This document shows, one piece after another, positions 48,077-56,881 of a stretch of DNA of 64,000 nt. Source of the stretch: an uncultured archaeon. GTDB taxonomy: Archaea; Thermoproteota; Nitrososphaeria; Nitrososphaerales; Gagatemarchaeaceae. Position numbers and translations under genes: made by a program. The notes under the pieces are model-generated. The model made no database searches. It had not been told where the DNA came from and saw only the letters and a program-made list of their open reading frames with translations. The DNA is taken from the NCBI GenBank assembly GCA_963817525.1, contig CAWFOU010000007.1, positions 800,001-864,000 on the forward strand. The letters run 5' to 3'. Position 1 is the first letter of the stretch. The number at the start of each line of letters is the position of its first letter.

Positions 48077-48195
48077 GCGGGGGTCGCCTAGCCTGGTAGG
48101 GCGAAGGATAGGATTAGGGTGTCACAGCCCAATCCCCTGAGTGCTAATCCTTTGTCCGCAAGGACCCGTGGGTTCGAATCCCACTCCCCGCGCCA
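48077..48195 (+). tRNA. tRNA-Ser(GCU) with 32-nt intron at 32/33 (48110-48141)
   Basis: AAGGA-T^T-GCT-AA-TCCTT after removal of a GGATT/AATCC-closed intron; long variable arm GTCC-GCAA-GGAC; discriminator G; CCA. Confidence 0.85.
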
Positions 48196-48224
48196 GCCGA
48201 TACACCCAGAGGACTCGCCGGTCC

Positions 48225-49096
48225 TCATCTCGCAGACTCGCGTCTAGCGAGGCGGGCGTTCTTCCTTAGTATCGTGAATCCGATTATTCGCGTAAATCGT
48301 GGAAGGCTCCTGGCTCTCACATATATTTCGTAGCAGTCAGATTTCCTAATGTACGTCTTCTTCCCTTTGACGAGTATGCTTCCCTTCCTGGTCTTGATCC
48401 TTGGACCCGTTGTTTCCACGCCAACTCGTGCTAGGAGCGTGCGTACATATTCCAAAAGGTCCAGGTTGGTGTTAGATGCAGTGACAACTCCCTTCTCGTC
48501 GACGCATCCTTCAGAATCGAAGAAGCCCCTTAGGAAGGCAGACATGCATTTGACATCGTACTCGATCCAGGCCCTTAAGTCATGGAGAGGTCTCCTGAGG
48601 AATCTGTAGAGGAGGTAACTACTAACATCTAGCTGATAGTCGTTCGTTTTGGAATCCTTCCAATCTTGTGCCGAGGTGTCTGAAGAATGTGCGAAAGACA
48701 CCGGTTGAACTCCTGAACAAAATCGAGATCGTTTGCCTTCAGGCGAATCCTGTAGTTATAGTGGTTGAGGTTTAGCGAGCCATCTCCCGTTTGAACGCCG
48801 ATTATGTATGCTAATTCTGGACAAAATGTGGCTTTGAACCTTCGAACTCGACCAGCAGGTGAGTGTTTGCGATTCACCCAGTCGGATACGATAGATTTTG
48901 ATAGTCTCACCCCGCACTGTCGATCAATCTCCCTGATGATTTGCGAATATGTGAAGGACTTCTCGCGAAGCGATAGCACGAGGTGGTAGAGCGAGGTTTG
49001 CGATTCCAGAGTTCTGTGCTTCCTTGGGCGAGGATTGAACCGGTCTCGCTTGGCAAGGTCGTAGACGTGTAGCTTGGATGATTGTTGACTCTCCAC
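48225..49096 (-). pseudogene. double-motif LAGLIDADG endonuclease with N-terminal HTH, frameshifted near 48663
   Basis: LAYIIGVQTGDGSL in ORF 48629-49096, AFLRGFFDSEGCV in ORF 48225-48701; frames join at HKI/WKD with 1 nt missing; AT-rich. Confidence 0.85.
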
Positions 49097-49199
49097 AAAG
49101 AGCTATGGATGAATGATATTTAGTCGGCCATGGTCTGGTGTGAAGGGCCGAAAAGAACCTAGCGAAGACAAATGGCGCTCCGCGCTCTGACCTTCTCTC

Positions 49200-49529
49200 C
49201 TACTCCAGCTTGCTGAAGAAGCAGGAGTGCTTGCCCGTGTGGCAGGCGGGGCCGACCTGGTCGACCACGTAGAGCAGCGTGTCGTTGTCGCAGTCCACGA
49301 GCACCCGCCTCACCTTCTGGATGTGCCCCGAGGTGTCCCCCTTCTTCCAGAGCTCGTTCCTGCTCCTGCTCCAGTAGGTCGCGAGCTTGGTCTTCATGGT
49401 GGCCTCGACAGCCTCGCGGTTGGCGTAGGCGAGCATCAGGACCTTCCCTGTCTTGGCCTCCTGGGTCACCACTGGGACGAGCCCGTTCCCCTTTGCAAAG
49501 TCGATCTCGTCGATCTTCGACGCTTTCAA
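49200..49529 (-). CDS. hisI: phosphoribosyl-AMP cyclohydrolase
   Basis: [34 protein letters not shown]. Confidence 0.93.
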   Translation of the reverse strand: MKASKIDEIDFAKGNGLVPVVTQEAKTGKVLMLAYANREAVEATMKTKLATYWSRSRNELWKKGDTSGHIQKVRRVLVDCDNDTLLYVVDQVGPACHTGKHSCFFSKLE

Positions 49530-50284
49530 GGTCTGACTACGACCCCTTTCGCTTCCAGATAATCTTTCACCTGCCTGACGGTGAGCTCGCGGTAGTGGAA
49601 GAGCGACGCGGCGAGCGCGGCGTCGCAACCCGCCTCGCTGAGAGCCTGGTAAAAGTGCTCGAGCGTCCCCGCCCCGCCGCTCGCTATCACGGGGACCCTC
49701 ACCCTCTGGGTGATCGCCCTCAGCAGCTCCACGTCGTACCCCGCCTTGGTGCCGTCGCGGTCGATGGAGGTGACCAGGAGCTCGCCCGCGCCCAGGTCGG
49801 CGGCCTTCTGCGCCCAGGCTACCGCGTCCACGTCGGCTGTCCTGGTGGCGGAGTGACTGAAGACCCTGTAGCCTTCCTCCGTCCTCTTCGCGTCTATCGC
49901 GACGACCACGCACTGGGAGCCGAAGACGTCGGCCAGCTTCGTGATGAGAGCGGGCCTCCTGAGGGCTGCCGTGTTCACCGCGACCTTGTCCGCCCCGCTC
50001 GCCAGGGCGAGCCTCGCGTCGGCCATGCTCCTGATCCCGCCGCCCACCGTGAAGGGGATGTCCAGGCTCGCCGCGACGCTTCTCACCAGGGAGCGCATCG
50101 TCGCCCTCTTCTCGAGGCTCGCAGTGATGTCGAGGAAGACCACCTCGTCCGCCCCCTCGTCCCTGTAGCGGGTCGAGAGCTCCACCGGGTCGCCCGCGTC
50201 CCTTAGCCCCTCGAAGTTGACCCCCTTCACGACCCTGCCCGCCTTCACGTCCAGGCAGGGGACGATGCGCTTCGCGAGGGTCAT
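49526..50284 (-). CDS. hisF: imidazole glycerol phosphate synthase cyclase subunit
   Basis: [35 protein letters not shown]. Confidence 0.97.
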   Translation of the reverse strand: MTLAKRIVPCLDVKAGRVVKGVNFEGLRDAGDPVELSTRYRDEGADEVVFLDITASLEKRATMRSLVRSVAASLDIPFTVGGGIRSMADARLALASGADKVAVNTAALRRPALITKLADVFGSQCVVVAIDAKRTEEGYRVFSHSATRTADVDAVAWAQKAADLGAGELLVTSIDRDGTKAGYDVELLRAITQRVRVPVIASGGAGTLEHFYQALSEAGCDAALAASLFHYRELTVRQVKDYLEAKGVVVRP

Positions 50285-51012
50285 GCCCTCCCACCCTCCA
50301 GGGCTGCTCCGGTCTCCCCCAGGCGCACCCCGCCGTCGTATAGCGCTCGCCCTATGACCGCCCCGGCGGCCCCTCGCCTCTTGATCTCCCTGAGGTCATC
50401 GGCGTTCCTGATCCCCCCTGATGCGATGACCTTGAGCCTCTTCCCGGCGACGCAGAGCGCCTTGAGCGTCTTCAGGTCGGGGCCTTTCGCCATCCCGTCC
50501 TGGCCTACGGCCGTTGCCAGGAGGTTGACTACGCCCGCTGCCTCGAAGCTCTTGGCGGCCTCGAGCACGCTCACGCCTTGGCTCTTCGTCCAGCCGCTCG
50601 TCACCACCTTCCCGTCGAGATAGTCCGACGCGACCACTATCTTCTCGGCGCCGTGCTTCCGAAGGAGCGCGGCGAGCGTCTCAGGCTCCCTGTAGGCGAG
50701 CGTCCCGACTATCACCCTCTCCGCCCCCGCCTCCAGCCACGAGTCCACGGCCGCGCTAGACCTAACGCCTCCCCCCACCTCGACGGGGATCTTCGCCTTG
50801 CTCACTATGCCCAGGATGGTCTCCCGGTTCGACCCCTTCCCGAAGGCCGCGTCGAGGTCGATGATGTGCAGCCCGTCGGCGCCCTCTCGCTCCCACCTCG
50901 CGGCGACCTCCGAGGCCTTCTCCCCCCAGCTCGTCTTCATCTCCTCCTTCCCCTGCTTCAGGGTCACTACTGACCCGGAGAGGAGGTCGATCGCAGCCCA
51001 GAGTTCAAGCAA
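50281..51012 (-). CDS. hisA: ProFAR isomerase
   Basis: [29 protein letters not shown]. Confidence 0.93.
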   Translation of the reverse strand: MLELWAAIDLLSGSVVTLKQGKEEMKTSWGEKASEVAARWEREGADGLHIIDLDAAFGKGSNRETILGIVSKAKIPVEVGGGVRSSAAVDSWLEAGAERVIVGTLAYREPETLAALLRKHGAEKIVVASDYLDGKVVTSGWTKSQGVSVLEAAKSFEAAGVVNLLATAVGQDGMAKGPDLKTLKALCVAGKRLKVIASGGIRNADDLREIKRRGAAGAVIGRALYDGGVRLGETGAALEGGRA

Positions 51013-51019
51013 AGGCGCC

Positions 51020-51616
51020 CTACCTCTTCACCGCTCGCAGGAAGTTGAGCAGTATCTTCCGGCCAGCCTGCCCCGACTTTTCCGGGTGGAACTGGGCGCC
51101 ATAGACGTTCTTCTCGCTGACTAACGCGGGAAACTCGACGCCGTAGTCCGTCGTGGCGACGACCCACTCCCCCTTGGTGGCGGGGTAGTACGAGTTGACG
51201 TAGTACACCCACGCCTGCTCTTCCAGCCCCCCGGTCAGCTCCGACTCCCTCTTCACCGTGAGCGTGTTCCAGCCTATCTGCGGGACCTTCACCCCGGAGG
51301 CGCGGAACTTCTTGACCTCGCCCGGGAAGAGCGCCAAGCCCCGCCCAGGCCCCTCCTCGCTCTTGGAGAAGAAGAGCTGGAGACCGAGGCACACCCCAAG
51401 CAGGGGCTTCCCGGAGTCGACCGCGTCGCGTATCTTCCGCATCGGAAGCACCTTGGCCGCCTGGTTGAAGCTCCCGACGCCGGGAAGGACTATGGCGTCC
51501 GCTTCCTTCAGCCCCTTCCCGTCCTTCGTGAGCGACGTCTTCGCCCCCTCCTTCTTGAAGGCCGCCTGGATGCTGAAGAGGTTGCCTGCGCCGTAGTTGA
51601 ATATCTCTATGCGCAT
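51020..51616 (-). CDS. hisH: IGP synthase glutamine amidotransferase subunit
   Basis: YGAGNL, LPGVG, GVCLGLQ, PQIGWN, QFHPEKS. Confidence 0.96.
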   Translation of the reverse strand: MRIEIFNYGAGNLFSIQAAFKKEGAKTSLTKDGKGLKEADAIVLPGVGSFNQAAKVLPMRKIRDAVDSGKPLLGVCLGLQLFFSKSEEGPGRGLALFPGEVKKFRASGVKVPQIGWNTLTVKRESELTGGLEEQAWVYYVNSYYPATKGEWVVATTDYGVEFPALVSEKNVYGAQFHPEKSGQAGRKILLNFLRAVKR

Positions 51617-51625
51617 GCCCTTAGC

Positions 51626-52213
51626 TCACATCGACCCCTTCGACGAGGGAGGGCCCTTGATGTTGGCGCGCCGCGGGTCCGGCGCGGCCGCCTCCCTGAA
51701 GGCGAGCGCGAAGGCCTTGACCCCTGCCTCGAACTTGTGGTGGTCGTTGCTCCCTTCGAGGACCTTTACGTGGACAGTGGCCTCGAGAGCTTGCGCTAAG
51801 GAGCCGAAGAAGTGCTCAAGGTCCTCCTTCGGAGCATCCTCGAGCATCACCCTCTGCAGCTTCAGGTCCAGTACCGAGTACGGGCGCTTCACCAGGTCCA
51901 CCGCGGCCAGGGCGAGGGCGTCGTCCATTGGGACTATCGCGTCCCCGAACCTGCGTATCCCCACCCTGTCGCCGAGCGCCTTCGAAAGGGCCTTGCCGAG
52001 CGTGATCGCGACGTCCTCCACGATGTGGTGCTGGAGGTCTCCCGTCGCCTTCACCGTCAGGTCCAACAGGCCGTGCGTGGCCAGGGAGTGTAGCATGTGG
52101 TCGAGGAACGCGATCCCCGTCCTCGCCTCGACCTTCCCGGTCCCGTCGAGCCCGACGCGGACCGTGATGTCAGTCTCCTTCGTCTTCCTGGTGACCTCCG
52201 CTACTCTCTTCAT
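51626..52213 (-). CDS. hisB: imidazoleglycerol-phosphate dehydratase
   Basis: RKTKETDI, FLDHML, HHIVED, PMDDA, NDHHKFE. Confidence 0.96.
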   Translation of the reverse strand: MKRVAEVTRKTKETDITVRVGLDGTGKVEARTGIAFLDHMLHSLATHGLLDLTVKATGDLQHHIVEDVAITLGKALSKALGDRVGIRRFGDAIVPMDDALALAAVDLVKRPYSVLDLKLQRVMLEDAPKEDLEHFFGSLAQALEATVHVKVLEGSNDHHKFEAGVKAFALAFREAAAPDPRRANIKGPPSSKGSM

Positions 52214-52215
52214 CG

Positions 52216-53340
52216 CTATCTGCCCCTCTCGCTTCCAGGCGGCAATAACCCTGACGGGATCTGGTTCACCGTCTCGACGACGAGGTCGGAGCCCTCCCTC
52301 TCGAAGAATGAGGCTTGGTCCCTCTGCACGGGTGACGTCTGGTAGACCCCCGCGAAAAGGAAGCCATCGAGCCCCCTCGCCCTGGCCTTTTGGACCATCA
52401 TCAGGTCCTCTGCCGAGTCCCCAACGTAGAGAAGCGTCTCCGAGGAGAGCCTCTCCTTGGCCCTGACGAGGGCCTCCGGGCTCGGCTTCCTGAGCTTGTC
52501 GTACTCCGTTCGCAGGTCCAGGTCGATGTCCGCGTCCCCGATGAAGACGGACGCCTCCTTGTCGAAGTAGCGCATGAGCCTCCCGAGGGAGTGAGCGGTC
52601 CCGACGAACGGCCTCCCGGTGATCATCGCGAGCCTCGGGCCGCCCAGCTTCTTCTGGAGAGTCTCGAGCGTCTTCCTGTCGACGAGAATCCTCTCCAGCT
52701 CGATGAGCCCCTTGGTCCGGGTGCTCGACTTGACGCCGTGGACCTTCTCGAAGAGCGACGCCCCGAAGTACAGCTCGTCGAACAAGGTCGTCATCCTCCC
52801 CTCCGGCGGCGTCCTGGGGTACTCCAGGAACTCCCGCGACCTGTCGAGCCTCCCCTTCATCGAGGGGAACTGCGACGTCAGGAAAGAGTCGACCGCCTCC
52901 TGACCCCTCTCCCTCAGGGCCGCCCCGAACCCGGCCGTGATCCTCGTCAGCGCCTCCACAGCCCCGGTGGCCTTGAGGCCGCTCCTGTCCTTCCGCTGCT
53001 CTAGGGCGACGACGGAGAAGAGCGAAAGAGCGTAGCTGGTGTCCCAGTCGCTGTTGAACCCGCCCGTCCTCCTGACCATGGAGATGAGCCTGGGGGCGAC
53101 CCTCGCAAGGCGCAGCCTCACCCCGGTCATCCCCTCGACCATCGTCTCTACGACCATCGTGATCGTCGCGTCGTAGGACTTGCGGGCGTCGATGAGCACC
53201 CCGTCGCAGTCGAAGGCCACCGCGTCCACATTGCCTAGAGCTTCCGTCGACGACCTGTTGACTGCGAGCCCTATCCTCCCGCCAGGGGGGGTTACGCGGA
53301 TGTAGCGCTCCTGGAGCGCTCCTCTGCTGCTCTGCCTCAT
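52216..53340 (-). CDS. HAD-superfamily hydrolase (candidate histidinol-phosphatase)
   Basis: FDCDGVL, GGFNSDWD, ITGR, KPSP, YVGDSAED; inside his operon. Confidence 0.8.
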   Translation of the reverse strand: MRQSSRGALQERYIRVTPPGGRIGLAVNRSSTEALGNVDAVAFDCDGVLIDARKSYDATITMVVETMVEGMTGVRLRLARVAPRLISMVRRTGGFNSDWDTSYALSLFSVVALEQRKDRSGLKATGAVEALTRITAGFGAALRERGQEAVDSFLTSQFPSMKGRLDRSREFLEYPRTPPEGRMTTLFDELYFGASLFEKVHGVKSSTRTKGLIELERILVDRKTLETLQKKLGGPRLAMITGRPFVGTAHSLGRLMRYFDKEASVFIGDADIDLDLRTEYDKLRKPSPEALVRAKERLSSETLLYVGDSAEDLMMVQKARARGLDGFLFAGVYQTSPVQRDQASFFEREGSDLVVETVNQIPSGLLPPGSERGR

Positions 53341-54647
53341 CGCTCTCTGAACCTCGACTCGGCCGACAGGTAGTGGTTGGGGAGACCCTCCGCCGTCGCA
53401 AGCTCCTTGAGCGACGGGAGCAGCGCCTTCAGGCCCTGCTTGGTGCCCCCCACGACCCAGTTCACCTTCACAAAGTCCAGGGCGGAGAGCCCCGCGCGGA
53501 GGCTCGCCTCGCCCTCGGTCGGGAGCACGTGGTCGGTCCCGATGCAATAGTCGCTCGCCGCCCCGGGGGCGTAGACGCCCGTCAGTATGAGCCCGGCGTT
53601 GGAGACCGAGTCGGCCATCTCTTGGCCGTCCCCCACCATCAGCTCCAGGTGCTCGGGGGCGAGGGAGTTCACCAGCTCGATCGCGACCTCGCGGTCCTTG
53701 CAGACCGCCGCGAACCCGCGCCTCAGGCACCCCTGGACGTACTCCCTCCTCTCCAGGGTGGGTGAAATCTTCCCGACCTCCCTCCTGACGTCCCTCGCGA
53801 AGCGCTCATCCCACGTCACCAGGCCGCAGACGCTGTCCTGCCCGTGCTCGGCCTGCGCCATGAGGTCCCACGCGGCCAGGCGCGCGTCCGTCCTCCCGTC
53901 CCCGACCACTACCATCTCTGTGGGTCCCGCGAGGAAGTCGATGGGGACGTCGGCGGAGACGACCTTCTTCGCCGCGGAGACGTACAGGCCCCCCGGCCCG
54001 ACTATCTTCGAGACCCTTGGGATGCTCTCGGTCCCGTAGGCCAGGGCCGCTATCCCCTGGGCGCCCCCGACCCTGTATACCTCGTCCACGCCACAGAGCT
54101 TCGCCGCCGCCAGGATGGCGTCGCTGACAGCGCCGGTCCCCCGAGACGGGGGCGTGCAGACCACGACCCTCTTCACCCCTGCCAGCTTCGCGACCCCCGC
54201 GGTCATCAGCACGGTGCTCGCGTACGCAGCCCTCCCCCCGGGGATGTAGCACCCCACCGACTCGAGCGGGCGCGCGACGCAGCGGAGCGAGTACCCGTCG
54301 GCCACGTATGAGAACGAGAGCCTGGAGAGGAGCTGCCCCTGCGTCCTCTGGATCCTCTTCAGCGCGAAGCGCATCGCGTCAAGCAGCTTCGGGCTTATCC
54401 TCTCCGAGGCCGCCGCTATCTCCTTCTGCGTGACCTGGAGCCCGCTGGCGCGGATGGCGGCGCCCTCCAGCTCCTTGGAGTATCGGACCAGCGCCACGTC
54501 TCCCTGGGTCCTCACAGCGCCGACGATGTCCTCTGCGCCCTTGATAGCGGCTGAGAGTCCGTCCGATCTCGCCCTGATTCTTCCGGCGACCTTCTTTGCG
54601 TCCGATTTCTTTTCGACTCGAATCAGGGGGAGTAGCTCGCTACTCAT
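53337..54647 (-). CDS. hisD: histidinol dehydrogenase
   Basis: YIPGG, GGAQ.IAALAYGTE, GPG, AGPTE, QAEH, APEHL, HVLPT. Confidence 0.96.
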   Translation of the reverse strand: MSSELLPLIRVEKKSDAKKVAGRIRARSDGLSAAIKGAEDIVGAVRTQGDVALVRYSKELEGAAIRASGLQVTQKEIAAASERISPKLLDAMRFALKRIQRTQGQLLSRLSFSYVADGYSLRCVARPLESVGCYIPGGRAAYASTVLMTAGVAKLAGVKRVVVCTPPSRGTGAVSDAILAAAKLCGVDEVYRVGGAQGIAALAYGTESIPRVSKIVGPGGLYVSAAKKVVSADVPIDFLAGPTEMVVVGDGRTDARLAAWDLMAQAEHGQDSVCGLVTWDERFARDVRREVGKISPTLERREYVQGCLRRGFAAVCKDREVAIELVNSLAPEHLELMVGDGQEMADSVSNAGLILTGVYAPGAASDYCIGTDHVLPTEGEASLRAGLSALDFVKVNWVVGGTKQGLKALLPSLKELATAEGLPNHYLSAESRFRER

Positions 54648-55623
54648 TCCCTTCCCCGAACTCCTCGAGGGAGAGGATGTTCTGCGGCTCGTGGATCACC
54701 AGGCCCTGGGCCAGCTTCTTCAGGGTCGGGAGCATCGCGTGCAGGTCCTTCTTGGTGATCACGGTGTTGACGTCGTACCACCCCTTCTCGGAGAGCGGGC
54801 TGACGGTGGGCCTCTTGAGGGCCGGCAGCTCCTTGAGGAGCTTGTCGAGGTTCTTCTCCTTGACGTTCACGAAGATGTGCAGCCGCTTCTGGCCCTCGAC
54901 CACGCCGCTAAGCATTATCTTGAGGTCCTTGATCTTCTCCCTCTTCCAGGGGTCCTTCATCGCGTCCCTGTTCGCGACGAGGCGCGCCGTCGACTTCATC
55001 AGCGTGCCTATCTGCTTGAGGTTGTTCTGCTCGAGCGTAGTCCCTGTCTCGGTGACGTCCACTATCATGTCGACTATCTCCGGGGGCTTGGCCTCCGTAG
55101 CGCCGAACGAGAGGTAGACCGCGGCCTTTTGGTTCTCCCCCTTGCGCCACCACGGGGTGATTATCATGGGCTCCTTCTTGCCGAAGCGCTTCTTGTACGC
55201 GGGCTGGGACTTTAGGTAGTCCGCTGTGATGTTGAGGTACTCAGCGGATATCCTGAACTCCTTCCCCTTACTCCAGAAGCTCTCCGCGAGGTCGTTGACC
55301 GTGTCGTACGGCTGTGACTTTGGGGTCGCCCCGACAAGCTTGACCCCGCCGAACTCCAGGTCCAGGATTTCCTCGACGTTCGCTCCCGTCTCCGTTATCC
55401 AGTCGATGCCCGTGATGCCCACGTCCTGGATGCCGTCGGCGATGTAGAGGGGTATCTCCTGGGGCCTGAGGACCCTGAGCTCGACGTCCGGGTCGCTGAA
55501 GCCGGGGCGGTAGCTCCTGTCCTGCCCGGAGATCTTGTAGTACGCCTTTTGGAATACGTCTATGCTCTTCTGGCCCAGGTGGCCGTTGGGTATCGTCAGC
55601 TTCAGCTTCTTGCTGCTAGGCAC
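54640..55623 (-). CDS. hisG: ATP phosphoribosyltransferase (long form)
   Basis: RPQEIP, DVGITGIDW, SFGATE, IVDVTETGTTL, PTVSPL. Confidence 0.96.
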   Translation of the reverse strand: MPSSKKLKLTIPNGHLGQKSIDVFQKAYYKISGQDRSYRPGFSDPDVELRVLRPQEIPLYIADGIQDVGITGIDWITETGANVEEILDLEFGGVKLVGATPKSQPYDTVNDLAESFWSKGKEFRISAEYLNITADYLKSQPAYKKRFGKKEPMIITPWWRKGENQKAAVYLSFGATEAKPPEIVDMIVDVTETGTTLEQNNLKQIGTLMKSTARLVANRDAMKDPWKREKIKDLKIMLSGVVEGQKRLHIFVNVKEKNLDKLLKELPALKRPTVSPLSEKGWYDVNTVITKKDLHAMLPTLKKLAQGLVIHEPQNILSLEEFGEGNE

Positions 55624-55849
55624 TGGGCGACCACCCTCTACCCACTACAGCGGTGGTAGAAATTCTTGAGCGTGCGGAGAATCTTTCTGGGAGCCTTACG
55701 CGTGGGCCGAGGAGGCTACTGATGAACAGAACCAGCTCCAACGACCGTGAACTCCAACGCCTTCCATTTGCTCCACTAGATTTTTCGGGTCTGAGAATCG
55801 TATTTAAGGATTTGTAGGTCTGGATTCTGTAAAGCCTTTTGCACGATTC

Positions 55850-56149
55850 TCAGGGCAAGGTAGCTACGGAACTTGGGCAGCCAAACTGATATGAGACGTT
55901 GTGCTGGAATACCGTCCTCCCGTAATACAAGCCCTGACCGAACGCAGCACAACTTAGTGATTCCCAATTTGGATACGTTGGATAGCTAGATGAATGCAGG
56001 GCGCCATACTCAGTCGTAGGCGTATAGACCACTGGAGCGAAGACAAAAAAAACGAGAACGAGGCCGGCCACAGCGGCAAGAGCCACTCTCTTCCTCATTT
56101 CTGCCACCATTCCATGAACGCAGATTCCTTTTGTTCTTTTTGTTCCCAT
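55850..56149 (-). CDS. small exported hypothetical protein
   Basis: basic + hydrophobic N-terminus (MRKRVALAAV...); AT-rich. Confidence 0.4.
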   Translation of the reverse strand: MGTKRTKGICVHGMVAEMRKRVALAAVAGLVLVFFVFAPVVYTPTTEYGALHSSSYPTYPNWESLSCAAFGQGLYYGRTVFQHNVSYQFGCPSSVATLP

Positions 56150-56177
56150 CCTCCCTTTGGTGATTGCGCCGGCGGCC

Positions 56178-56672
56178 TCAGGCGGGCTGCATCAGGGTCG
56201 AAAGCGGGACGGAGACGTCTCCCTCCACCTTGGAGATATGGACCAGGTTGCCGTCCTTCCCCTTCACCATGTGCCGGGTAGACTTTGGCGGGAGCTTCGG
56301 GCCTTTGGTCGCGGCCCTGATCACGGCATCCTTCGGGAACTGCGTCTTGCGGTCCTTGCCGAGGACCACCACCCCCTCGTCCGAGTAATCGACGAGCCAG
56401 GCCGGGACTCTGGCCGCCCCGAGCTTCTGCAGGGCGCTCAACCTGTGGACGCCGTCCAGGACCACCATCGACTTCTCGTCGACCACTATCGCCTTCCTCA
56501 CCACCCCCGTGGACTGCATCTGCCTCATGACCCTCCTCACCCTGTCATGCTCGGCCTTCTCGTGGGTCTTCAGGCCGCTTATCGGGAGCAGCGCGAAGCG
56601 GGCTGTGACCAAACGCGATCTCGTGGGCATGACGCCTTGGAGGCCGTAATAAGGCATCATCGACGCGACCAA
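56178..56672 (-). CDS. ParB/Sulfiredoxin N-terminal domain protein
   Basis: LKTHE, VVLDGVHRLSAL, LVDY, LPPKSTRH. Confidence 0.8.
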   Translation of the reverse strand: MVASMMPYYGLQGVMPTRSRLVTARFALLPISGLKTHEKAEHDRVRRVMRQMQSTGVVRKAIVVDEKSMVVLDGVHRLSALQKLGAARVPAWLVDYSDEGVVVLGKDRKTQFPKDAVIRAATKGPKLPPKSTRHMVKGKDGNLVHISKVEGDVSVPLSTLMQPA

Positions 56673-56710
56673 TCCAAGATTTATTAGCGGCTCGGCCAGA
56701 CCGAAATTCT

Positions 56711-56818
56711 GGGCCGGTCGTCTAGCACGGTTAGGACGTCAGAGAAATCCGTCAAGCCCTTACACGGCGAAAGAGTTGGATTCCGCCACGGTCCCCAGTT
56801 CAAATCTGGGCCGGCCCA
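56711..56818 (+). tRNA. tRNA-Val(UAC) with two non-canonical introns (28/29: 56741-56755; 44/45: 56772-56789)
   Basis: GGGCCGG/CCGGCCC acceptor stem; BHB helices GACG/CGTC and GGCG/CGCC; spliced TCGCC-CT-TAC-AC-GGCGA. Confidence 0.88.
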
Positions 56819-56881
56819 CTCCTTTTCCCCAGACGACTTTCTGCGCTGAATCATTATTAGGGGCAGCACCTCGCAACAGCC

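Noticed and set aside
48131-48141. Reading the tRNA at 48077 as Ser(UGA) or Leu
   Set aside because: The TGA lies inside the intron; only the GCT register gives a 5-bp stem with a 7-nt loop, and discriminator G fits Ser
49100-49199. CTCCGCGC near 49178 as a stranded 3' end of tRNA-Ser
   Set aside because: Match to CTCCCCGCGCCA is short and gapped; not distinguishable from chance in GC-rich DNA
19165-53730. Long N-terminal extensions in tracked ORFs of trm112, OMT, coaD, pheS, oppD/F, hisI, hisB and HAD
   Set aside because: They overlap upstream genes in other frames; starts were trimmed to the conserved domains
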